A stretch of 34,525 nt of DNA from positions 1 to 34,525 of the forward strand of contig DMMW01000010.1 of assembly GCA_003452965.1 (NCBI GenBank). Direction: 5' to 3'. Each line of letters starts with the position of its first letter. Position 1 is the stretch's first letter. This stretch comes from Elusimicrobiota bacterium. Its GTDB lineage: Bacteria; Elusimicrobiota; UBA8919. A program made the position numbers and the translations under genes. The notes beneath the pieces are model-generated. The model saw only the letters and a program-made list of their open reading frames with translations. It searched no databases and was not told where the DNA came from. Below, piece by piece: positions 1 to 7,714 of the stretch.

Positions 1-85
1 ACACAACACAACATACATATATTAACTAATTAAAAATAAATAATAATAATGGAAAAACGAAAAAAAAGGGTCTCTGTCCCCTTTT

Positions 86-207
86 TCTTGGTGTTGCATC
101 CGGCCCGCCACAGAACCGATGGCGAGGCCTATTATAATGCGAAAGTTAATATAGCAAACTATAATCTCTAAAATTCGGATTATTTTTATCTTGGTGTTGC
201 ATCCGGC
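86..207. repeat. 19-nt exact direct repeat (tcttggtgttgcatccggc) at 86-104 and 189-207; the second copy is the 3' end of the SDR gene
   Basis: Identical 19-mers read directly from the sequence. Copy 189-207 encodes the last codons (PDATPR) next to the stop at 186-188. Copy 86-104 lies 103 nt further downstream of the gene. Confidence 0.85.
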
Positions 208-1358
208 AGACCGCCGTCAACGGGAATGGTTGCGCCTGTGGTTGGTGTTTGCCGTGTTACAAAGAAGAGAACTGCATTTGCGACATGTCTTGCCGTAATT
301 TTTGCCTTAAGTAAATTACGACTTTGATAATATTCTTGTAATTTATTTTCATCAGTTATTCCTCTGTGCTTCATCCTGTCGGGACCTATTTTTTCCCATA
401 ATCCTGATTTAGTATTTCCATCTGAAAATACCGCATCAGGAGCCACCATGTTGACTCGTATATCAAATTCTGCTAATTCCAGACTTGCAATGCGTCCCAA
501 TTGATGTGCAGCTGCTTTTGTTGCACTGTATGCACCGAAACGCGCACCGGGAGCAAATACGTTTTTAGTAGATACTATTACGATATCTCCGCCGGTTCCC
601 TGCATACGCAAATGACGGCCGGCTTCTGATAGGGTAAGTAAAGTGCCCTCAACATTTACTTTCTCAAGTTTTTGGAAATCTTCCAGTTGCATTTCATCAA
701 GCGATGCAATTAACGGTATTCCGGCATTTGCAATTATAATATCAACACCGCCCCAAACTTTACTTACTTCATCGAATCCGTTAGCTACTGAATCCGTATT
801 TGTAATATCCATTCCAATACCGAAGATGTGGTTTTCGGCTATTTTTTTAAGCTCTTCAACTAATTTATCAAGCCTTTCGCCAGGTAAGTCGGTTGCGGCA
901 ACAAAGCAGCCTTTTTCCAGCAGGCCTCTGCAAATTCCCGAGCCAATCGCACCTGCAGCACCGGTAACTATTGCAACTTCGTTTTGAAGAGGGAATCTTG
1001 AATCAGGTTCATTATCAATATAAATAATACCGATGTCTTTCAAAAATACTATTTTTGGTTTTGTGTTGTTTTTATCAATAAAACTACTCATCGCGATAGT
1101 TATTTGTTTTTTGATATTTTCAATAGGGGCATTAACATCAATAGAATCTAATTGAAGCGGTGGAATTTTTACATTTTTCAAAGGAATAGGACATAAATTT
1201 AGATTATTATTATTTTTTGAATTAACAAATTCTACTACCGATATACTTGAGCAAAATTTTAATATAACACGATTGTAACGAACATCTTCATTGCCAGAAG
1301 GTTCGGCTAAAAGCCCACGAATAATCGGTAATATTTTATATACAGTATTATTTTCCAT
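186..1358 (-). CDS. Short-chain dehydrogenase/reductase with a ~125-aa N-terminal extension; resembles the dehydrogenase half of bifunctional rhamnulose-1-phosphate aldolase/dehydrogenase (YuxG/RhaEW type)
   Basis: 390-aa ORF. Contains TGAAGAIGSG (Rossmann TGxxxGxG), IIIANAGI (NAG) and catalytic YSATK (YxxxK). Sits immediately downstream of a class II aldolase gene on the same strand. Confidence 0.75.
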   Translation of the reverse strand: MENNTVYKILPIIRGLLAEPSGNEDVRYNRVILKFCSSISVVEFVNSKNNNNLNLCPIPLKNVKIPPLQLDSIDVNAPIENIKKQITIAMSSFIDKNNTKPKIVFLKDIGIIYIDNEPDSRFPLQNEVAIVTGAAGAIGSGICRGLLEKGCFVAATDLPGERLDKLVEELKKIAENHIFGIGMDITNTDSVANGFDEVSKVWGGVDIIIANAGIPLIASLDEMQLEDFQKLEKVNVEGTLLTLSEAGRHLRMQGTGGDIVIVSTKNVFAPGARFGAYSATKAAAHQLGRIASLELAEFDIRVNMVAPDAVFSDGNTKSGLWEKIGPDRMKHRGITDENKLQEYYQSRNLLKAKITARHVANAVLFFVTRQTPTTGATIPVDGGLPDATPR

Positions 1359-1432
1359 AATTGTGTTATAGGGTTACTTGGGTTACTAGAGTTATAGGGT
1401 TGAACTCTAAAAACTCTATAACTCAACAAACT

Positions 1433-2083
1433 CTATGAACTCTTGATGAGTTTTCGACGGTATACTTCTGCTTCTAAAGTATCCATTTGCATGTAGATTT
1501 TTTCACTGAAAAAATTCATTTTGCCTAAAATTTTTGATGCTACAACGGTTTTACAGGCACTTTCAACATACAGTGTTCTGTAATACGCTTCCTTCAAATT
1601 TGAGCCAACTGTTAAAAGTCCATGATTAGCCATTAAAATTGCATTATGGTTTTTTATTACTTCGCTTACTTTGTTTGCAATATTTTTACTACTCGGAACT
1701 GCAAATTTAATAGTAGGTACATTTGAACTGATTATACCTACAAAATCCGGTGTAAATGCTTTTAATGTTTTACCTTGCATTGCATATGCGATAGAATACG
1801 GTGGATGTGTGTGTATTACAGCGGAAATATCTTTTCTTGTATAATAACAGGCGAGATGCATTTGTATTTCGCAGGTCGGTTTTCTATTGTCGTTAATATT
1901 TTTCCCGGTTTTCAGGTTAACTGCGATATAATCAGATTCCTTAGTATCTTCAAAACATGCACCAGATACTTTCATATAAACGGTATTATCTACTCGTACA
2001 CTGGTATTACCGCCGGGTCCGACGACAAAACCTTTATCGGCTAATTCTTTTCCTATTCTAACCAGTTCTTTTTTTATATTCAT
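1433..2083 (-). CDS. Class II aldolase/adducin-family protein (fuculose/rhamnulose-phosphate aldolase-like)
   Basis: Contains GPGGNTSVR, the IHTHPP metal-binding His pair and ANHGLLTVG. The track start at 2089 is a TTG; the first ATG is at 2083. No clear SD, and the heptamer array abuts the start. Confidence 0.8.
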   Translation of the reverse strand: MNIKKELVRIGKELADKGFVVGPGGNTSVRVDNTVYMKVSGACFEDTKESDYIAVNLKTGKNINDNRKPTCEIQMHLACYYTRKDISAVIHTHPPYSIAYAMQGKTLKAFTPDFVGIISSNVPTIKFAVPSSKNIANKVSEVIKNHNAILMANHGLLTVGSNLKEAYYRTLYVESACKTVVASKILGKMNFFSEKIYMQMDTLEAEVYRRKLIKSS

Positions 2084-2090
2084 AATCAAA

Positions 2091-2244
2091 ATTCAGGATA
2101 CAGGATACAGGATACAGAATACAGAATACAGAATACAGGATACAGGATACAGAATACAGGATACAGGATACAGAATACAGAATACAAGATACAGGATACA
2201 GAATACAAGATACAGGATACAGGATACAGGATACAGGATACAGT
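2091..2244. repeat. Tandem heptanucleotide array, ATACAGR x21 plus one degenerate leading unit (ATTCAGG)
   Basis: Counted unit by unit: 12 ATACAGG, 6 ATACAGA, 2 ATACAAG and 1 ATACAGT from 2098 to 2244. Intergenic, between the LsrF-like stop (2288) and the aldolase start (2083). Confidence 0.95.
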
Positions 2245-2287
2245 GCTCAGTAAACAGATTAAGTGATCTCTTTACCCTTCTACCTTT

Positions 2288-3175
2288 CTACCTCTTTACC
2301 TTTGTCGCTAATGTTTTATATAATTCTAACGCTTCTTGTGGTTTCATGTTTTTATGCACAACATTATTTACTGCTTTTATCATTGCAATAGGATTTTCGC
2401 TTTGGAATATGTTTCTGCCCATATCCACACCCGACGCACCCTGCTGTACGGCACTATATGCCATTGTAAGTGCATCCAACACTGGCAGTTTTTTACCGCC
2501 TGCCATAACAATGGGAACAGGACATGATGCCGTTATAGTTTCAAAATCTTCTGGAACATAATATGTTTTTACTACATGTGCACCCAATTCTGCACATATA
2601 CGGCATGCAAGCCGAAAATATTTAGCATCCCTTACCATATCCTTGCCTACTGCGGTTACTGCTAAAACAGGTATTCCATAACGCATTCCCATATCAACCA
2701 ACTTGGTCATATTATGTATTGACCGTGTCTCAAATTCACCTCCGATAAATACCTGTATTGCCATAGCTGATACATTCATTCTGATAGCATCTTCAATATC
2801 AACAGCTATTTCTTCATTTGAAAGTTCTTTTAAGATGCTTGGTCCACCGCTTGTTCTCATAACTATAGGTGTTGTAAACGACGGAGGTATAGTAGTTCTC
2901 AAGATTCCGCGGGTCAACATAATTGCATCTGCATATTTTACAAGCGGAACAATATTTAAATCAATCCGTTCCAATCCGGTTGTAGGTCCCTGAAAATAGC
3001 CATGATCTATTGCCAGCATGACCGTGCGTCCAGTATCGCTGTTGAATATTCTTGACAGGCGGTTTTTCATACCCCAATCTAAAGAATTAGACCCTTTAAG
3101 AAAAAAACATTCCGATTTCATTGGAATATCTTCATAATATTTTTTTTCTTCTTTATTTGCGTCTGTTTCCGGCAT
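2288..3175 (-). CDS. DhnA/FbaB/LsrF-family class I aldolase (TIM barrel)
   Basis: [12 protein letters not shown] and a GAHVVKTYY-type Schiff-base lysine region. The track ORF is trimmed to ATG at 3175 (MPETDANK...), which is preceded by GGAGG on the minus strand. Confidence 0.75.
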   Translation of the reverse strand: MPETDANKEEKKYYEDIPMKSECFFLKGSNSLDWGMKNRLSRIFNSDTGRTVMLAIDHGYFQGPTTGLERIDLNIVPLVKYADAIMLTRGILRTTIPPSFTTPIVMRTSGGPSILKELSNEEIAVDIEDAIRMNVSAMAIQVFIGGEFETRSIHNMTKLVDMGMRYGIPVLAVTAVGKDMVRDAKYFRLACRICAELGAHVVKTYYVPEDFETITASCPVPIVMAGGKKLPVLDALTMAYSAVQQGASGVDMGRNIFQSENPIAMIKAVNNVVHKNMKPQEALELYKTLATKVKR

Positions 3176-3259
3176 AACTCCTCCCTGGAAATTTATTAAT
3201 TTTAATAACCTCATTATATATAAAAAATATTTTATTTTCAATAAAAATTTAAAAACCTC

Positions 3260-3287
3260 TTGCAAATTATCAATGTTTAGATACAAT
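3260..3287 (+). promoter_or_regulatory. Putative sigma70-type promoter for the cupin/esterase genes (TTGCAA-16-TACAAT)
   Basis: TTGCAA at 3260-3265 and TACAAT at 3282-3287, about 27 nt upstream of the cupin ATG, within an AT-rich divergent intergenic region. Confidence 0.4.
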
Positions 3288-3313
3288 AATAGAAAATAAT
3301 ATTGGGAGATTTT

Positions 3314-3628
3314 ATGCCTATAATCTCGGGAAAGAATGCTGTGCAAAATACCGGTGAGTTCCCGGCATGGGGATTGGTTCACTTCAAAGCAGGACAGAAA
3401 AACATAACAGAATTACATTATCACGATAGTGACGAATTTTTCTTTATGATTGAAGGAAGATGTGTGATGAAATCGGAAGGGAAAATATATACTCTTGAAA
3501 AAGGCGATGTTTTTGTTACTCGCATGGGTGACGAACACGAACTTTTTGAGATATTGGAAGATACGACACTTTTTTGGCTATGCACAGAACTTCGCGGTCA
3601 AAAAAGGCAAGGACACCAGCACAGGTAA
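3314..3628 (+). CDS. Cupin-domain protein
   Basis: Cupin motif 1 is [14 protein letters not shown] and motif 2 region is [15 protein letters not shown]. The ATG at 3314 is preceded by GGGAG. Confidence 0.7.
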   Translation: MPIISGKNAVQNTGEFPAWGLVHFKAGQKNITELHYHDSDEFFFMIEGRCVMKSEGKIYTLEKGDVFVTRMGDEHELFEILEDTTLFWLCTELRGQKRQGHQHR

Positions 3629-3654
3629 AAATGGATAAAGATTGGAGGAATGAT

Positions 3655-4617
3655 ATGTCATTAATATTTGGGATGTCTTTGAGAAAACTAAAAGAATATA
3701 AGGGCAGAAATCCGCGTCCTAAAGATTTCGATAAGTTTTGGGAAAGAGGTCTTTCTGAAATGAATTCAATAGCTCCAAAAATAAAAATAGTTCCTGCAAA
3801 GTTTCAGGTACCTTTTTGCAAGTGTTTGCATCTGTACTTTACTGGTGTAGGCGGAGCGCGTGTTCACGCAAAAGTTTTGCGTCCCAAAAAACCGGCTAAA
3901 AAACATCCTGCAATATTGATGTTTCACGGATATTCCTGCAGCAGCGGAGATTGGTACAACAAGCTTGCCTACGCAGCTTTGGGCTATACCGTTGCTTATT
4001 TAGATTGCCGCGGACAGGGTGGTTTATCCGAAGATAAAGGTGGGGTTACCGGCTGGACACTACACGGGCATATTGTTCGCGGATTAAGCGATTCGCCGGA
4101 AAAACTGTTATTCAGGAATATATTTCTTGATGTGGCCCAGATTGCCAAAATAGTAATGGAAATGTCCGACGTGGATGAAAACCGCGTTGGCGCCATAGGC
4201 GGCAGCATGGGCGGGGCACTTTCGTTAGTTTGCGCCGCATTGGAGCCGAGAATCAGAAGAGTTGCGCCTAATTATCCGTTTCTTTGCGATTATAAAGGTG
4301 TATGTGAAATGGATGTGACTAAAACAGCTTATGCGGAATTTCACGATTATTTCAGGAAATTTGATCCGTTACATGAAAGGGAAGAAGAGTTTTTTAACAA
4401 ACTTGGCTATATAGATGTTCAGCATTTTTGCAGCAGGATAAAAGCGGAGGTATTGATGGGTACCGGCTTGATGGATACCGATTGTCCGCCGTTCAGTCAG
4501 TTTGCCGCATACAATAAAATTAAGTCAAAAAAAACATTAGAAATATATCCGGATTTTGCGCATGAGGATTTTCCATATCATAACGATAAAATCTTCCAGT
4601 TTATGAGCAATCTATGA
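3655..4617 (+). CDS. Acetyl-xylan esterase / cephalosporin-C deacetylase family (CE7) serine hydrolase
   Basis: All three CE7 signatures are present: RGQ (CRGQGG), a GxSxG nucleophile elbow (GGSMGG) and HE (FAHEDF). The N-terminus LKEYKGRNPRPKDFDKFW is typical. The ATG at 3655 follows GGAGG at 3644-3648. An alternative ATG lies at 3631. Confidence 0.8.
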   Translation: MSLIFGMSLRKLKEYKGRNPRPKDFDKFWERGLSEMNSIAPKIKIVPAKFQVPFCKCLHLYFTGVGGARVHAKVLRPKKPAKKHPAILMFHGYSCSSGDWYNKLAYAALGYTVAYLDCRGQGGLSEDKGGVTGWTLHGHIVRGLSDSPEKLLFRNIFLDVAQIAKIVMEMSDVDENRVGAIGGSMGGALSLVCAALEPRIRRVAPNYPFLCDYKGVCEMDVTKTAYAEFHDYFRKFDPLHEREEEFFNKLGYIDVQHFCSRIKAEVLMGTGLMDTDCPPFSQFAAYNKIKSKKTLEIYPDFAHEDFPYHNDKIFQFMSNL

Positions 4618-4639
4618 TTAGGACAATGTAAAGGAAGTT

Positions 4640-4738
4640 ATGAAAATAGGCTTCATTGGATTAGATAAAATATATAGATGAAAAAATGGTTGCATTGGAA
4701 AATAAATGCAATCCCAAAAAGGTTACTCCATATTTTGT
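4640..4738 (+). pseudogene. Degenerate copy of the first ~100 nt of the ychF-like gene (5614)
   Basis: MKIGFIGLDKIYR* followed by frame-shifted DEKMVALENKCNPKKVTPYFV, compared with MKIGFIGIEIPEGKIKYKDEKFVALENKCEPKKITPYFV at 5614. It has its own AAGGAAG RBS. Confidence 0.75.
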
Positions 4739-4765
4739 TTAATAAAATCTCTTTAAAAAAATTAG

Positions 4766-4843
4766 TGTTTAGATACAATATTTATGAGGATTCTTGTAAT
4801 AAAAACTTTGTATGCTTGAAAAGGTGATATTTTTGTTGCCCGT
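4766..4843 (+). pseudogene. Remnant of a second promoter + cupin gene copy with a large internal deletion
   Basis: The 15-mer tgtttagatacaata is shared with 3274-3288. MRILVIK compares with MPIISGK. KGDIFVARLED compares with [11 protein letters not shown] after a 1-nt deletion that creates TGA at 4817. The remnant runs in frame into the UDG-like ORF. Confidence 0.55.
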
Positions 4844-5617
4844 TTGGAGGATAACATAAATAAATATGAATTTGGGTTTTTAGGTGCAAAATTCCGGGTT
4901 CACAAAGACTGGAAACATTTTTTTGAAAATATATGCCTGGAATGTATAGAGAAGAATATTAGAAGAGATAAAATTACACCTTCTAAAGAAAATATTTTCA
5001 AAGTTTTTGAGAAACTCGGTCCTAAAGATATTAAAGTAGTAATAATCGGGCAGGACCCATATCCGCAACCAAATATTGCAACAGGCCGCGCATTTGAAGT
5101 TAAAGAATTGAATTCATGGCTTATTCCATTCAGGCAAGCAACATTAAGAAACATTTTGAAAATGTTGTATAACTGGCATGACAGTAAGAAGAATAAAAAA
5201 GCTTCAAGATTAGAAAAAATTGAAATTATAAAAAACGCAATAGAAAAGAAAGATTATAATATATTGCCGCCGGATAAGGTATTTGATTATTGGGAAAAAC
5301 AAAAAATATTTTTATTGAATTTTGCATTGACATACAGGATGGGTAATTGTGATAGTGGGGATTCTCATTTAATGTATTGGAAAGATTTTAATTATAAATT
5401 GGTAAGATGTTTATCAAAAATAAATAAAAATATAGTATGGTTGTTATTCGGAAAAGTTAACGAAGAAAATAACTGGATTATTAAACAAAATGCTTTTTAT
5501 ATTGCCCATCCGTCTGACAGGAGGGGAATAAACCCTAAGGATTTAGAAAAAATACGTCAATTTTTCGATATTTCGGTTAAGAAACATAAAATAGATTGGC
5601 TCGGAGGAAATTTATGA
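4844..5617 (+). CDS. Divergent uracil-DNA glycosylase superfamily protein (family-1-like scaffold with altered motifs)
   Basis: VVIIGQDPYPQPNIATGRAFEV compares with the UNG motif GQDPYHGPGQAHGL. FLLNFALT, VWLLFGK and AHPSDRRG compare with HPSPLS. The start is uncertain: TTG at 4844 with no in-frame ATG near the 5' end. The stop overlaps the next start (ATGA). Confidence 0.65.
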   Translation: MEDNINKYEFGFLGAKFRVHKDWKHFFENICLECIEKNIRRDKITPSKENIFKVFEKLGPKDIKVVIIGQDPYPQPNIATGRAFEVKELNSWLIPFRQATLRNILKMLYNWHDSKKNKKASRLEKIEIIKNAIEKKDYNILPPDKVFDYWEKQKIFLLNFALTYRMGNCDSGDSHLMYWKDFNYKLVRCLSKINKNIVWLLFGKVNEENNWIIKQNAFYIAHPSDRRGINPKDLEKIRQFFDISVKKHKIDWLGGNL

Positions 5618-6303
5618 AGATAGGTTTTATCGGGATAGAAATACCTGAGGGTAAGATAAAATACAAAGATGAAAAATTTGTCGCATTGGAAAATAAATGC
5701 GAACCTAAAAAAATAACTCCATATTTTGTAGAATTCATTATTAATGAATTCGTTCAGGTAAACGCTATTGTTATTTCAAAAGATAAAATACTTGATTTGC
5801 TTATTCCCGATATTGAAAAACTTGAAGCACGTGTGCAGAATACAAATGATAATTTTGAAAAAGAATTAATAAAAAAATGTATATCTTGTCTTGAAAATGA
5901 AATGCCTTTATGTGACATCGTTTTTAACGAACAGGAACAGAAACTTCTTCAGATGCTGTCACCGAATAGCATGAAACCGATTGTAATTATTGATGACAAA
6001 GTTGAAACAAACGAAATAATTGAAAAAGTATTAAAAAAATCACAAACTATATTTTTTTATACAGCGGGAAAAGATGAGGTTCATGCCTGGCCTGTAAAAG
6101 CAGGTTCCGATATTGTGACCTGTGCGGGCAGGATACATTCCGATTTAGCACGCGGATTTATAAAAGCGGATATTGTAAGTTTTGACAATTTTATGAAATG
6201 CCATAATTTTAATGATGCCAAGACAAAAGGATTGGTAAAGCTAGTAGATAGGGAATATATTATCCAAGAATCAGATATTATAGAGATACGCTTCAATGTA
6301 TAA
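5614..6303 (+). CDS. YchF-like protein retaining the C-terminal TGS/DUF933 domain but with a degenerate P-loop
   Basis: The C-terminus AWPVKAGSDIVTCAGRIHSDLARGFIKADIVSF...EYIIQESDIIEIRFNV matches the YchF C-terminal domain. The N-terminus MKIGFIGIEIPEGK replaces G(L/I)VGLPNVGKST. GGAGG RBS, and the ATG overlaps the upstream stop. Confidence 0.7.
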   Translation: MKIGFIGIEIPEGKIKYKDEKFVALENKCEPKKITPYFVEFIINEFVQVNAIVISKDKILDLLIPDIEKLEARVQNTNDNFEKELIKKCISCLENEMPLCDIVFNEQEQKLLQMLSPNSMKPIVIIDDKVETNEIIEKVLKKSQTIFFYTAGKDEVHAWPVKAGSDIVTCAGRIHSDLARGFIKADIVSFDNFMKCHNFNDAKTKGLVKLVDREYIIQESDIIEIRFNV

Positions 6304-6390
6304 ACAAAAAGCATAGAATTGAGAGATATTAAAATAAGAATCTTGGAATAGATTATTTCATCAAAATAAATAAAATGGTGTAATTTAAAA

Positions 6391-6630
6391 ATGAAGATTT
6401 TGTATCGTGATGTTAAAAAATATTGTGTGTTGACGAATAGAGAAGTGGAAGTCTTGCAGAAACTTATTCATAATACATTACCCAACGGGAATGAAGAAAT
6501 AATTCCTGTTCAGAAAATAAAATGTCCATATGCTATCAAGTGTTTCTATGAAGCGAGAGATTGCATTTACACTGAAAGCAATATCAATTCTAAAAATGAT
6601 CCCTTAATATTCAAAAATGAAGAGAAGTAA
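6391..6630 (+). CDS. Small hypothetical protein (79 aa, 4 Cys)
   Basis: Only ORF-level evidence. It overlaps the next gene by 14 nt. The short LTNREVEVLQKL stretch is reminiscent of LuxR-type HTH but too short to call. Confidence 0.3.
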   Translation: MKILYRDVKKYCVLTNREVEVLQKLIHNTLPNGNEEIIPVQKIKCPYAIKCFYEARDCIYTESNINSKNDPLIFKNEEK

Positions 6631-7714
6631 ATTGGAACTTAAATATAAACCGGATTTTGATTATGCAAAAGAAATGTGGAATCATTATTGGGCAAAAGAA
6701 GTATTGAAACGTCCGCTTGTGGTTGCCAATGTAGTTAAACAAGAAGGAAAAACTGTTGATAAAGATAAGTATAAGTATTATAATGCATGTACGAAGAATT
6801 ATAGAGAACAACTGACGATAATTGATGAATGGTTGGATAATACGTTATTTCTTGCTGAATCAATTCCGTGTTTTTCTCCAAGTCACGGTCCTGACCAGTT
6901 TGCTGCAATGCTCGGTGCTGATTTAAAATTTTCAGAAAGTAGCAAAACTACGAATTGGGTAGAACCTATAGTAGAAAATTGGGAAGAATTTATCCCGAAG
7001 ATTAAATTAAATGAAAATAATTCCGTCTGGCAAAGTCTTCTGGAATATTCAAAGATTCTTAAAGAACATTCAAAGGGGAAATATCTCGTTGGGATTTGCG
7101 ATTTTTATTCAAATGCCGATATGTTAAGTGCGATTCGGTCTCCGGCTAAATTGTGTATGGATTTTTATGATTATCCCGAATCAATAGCAAAGGCAATGTT
7201 ATCAGTCAGAAAATTATATAAAACGGTATATAATTCTTTATATGAAGCAGGCGGAATGAACAACGAAACCGGTACTATAGGGTGGATTCCTTTTTGGTGT
7301 AAAGATAAATATGCAACGATTCAATGTGATTTTATATGTATGGTATCACCGAAAATTGCAAATGAATATATAATTCCGGCATTAGAGGAAGAGGCGAATT
7401 TTCTTGACCATTGCATCTATCATCTTGACGGTCCCGGAGCATTACCACATCTTGATAATATTCTTGCAATAAAAAAAATTGATGCAATTCAGTGGATACC
7501 CGGTGATGGGCAGCCGCCGCAGTATGAATGGATTGATGTTCTGAAAAAATGCCAGAAAGCTGGTAAGGGACTTCAGATTTTGGATGTCACAAGCATAGAT
7601 ATTATAAAAAAATTCAGCAAAGAACTCAGTCCGGAAGGACTGGTATACTGCATAGACGTAAAGACTGAAAGAGAAGTTGATGAAATAACGACATGGCTTG
7701 AAAAAAACACTTGA
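6617..7714 (+). CDS. Hypothetical protein, possibly a uroporphyrinogen-decarboxylase (URO-D)-like TIM-barrel family member
   Basis: 365-aa ORF. The overall pattern (SHGPDQFAAMLGA..., CIYHLDGPGALPHLDNILAIKKIDAIQWIPG) recalls URO-D/MtaA-like proteins. The family call is from memory only. Confidence 0.4.
   Translation: MKRSKLELKYKPDFDYAKEMWNHYWAKEVLKRPLVVANVVKQEGKTVDKDKYKYYNACTKNYREQLTIIDEWLDNTLFLAESIPCFSPSHGPDQFAAMLGADLKFSESSKTTNWVEPIVENWEEFIPKIKLNENNSVWQSLLEYSKILKEHSKGKYLVGICDFYSNADMLSAIRSPAKLCMDFYDYPESIAKAMLSVRKLYKTVYNSLYEAGGMNNETGTIGWIPFWCKDKYATIQCDFICMVSPKIANEYIIPALEEEANFLDHCIYHLDGPGALPHLDNILAIKKIDAIQWIPGDGQPPQYEWIDVLKKCQKAGKGLQILDVTSIDIIKKFSKELSPEGLVYCIDVKTEREVDEITTWLEKNT

Noticed and set aside
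2288-3382. Long N-terminal extensions in track ORFs: 2288-3382, 3302-3628, 3574-4617, 5596-6303, 7932-8954, 9035-10516, 10477-12009, 16432-17193 and 22442-23338
   Set aside because: The extensions overlap upstream genes or promoters and lack family similarity. Internal ATGs preceded by GGAGG/AGGA give N-termini typical of each family, so the coordinates were trimmed.
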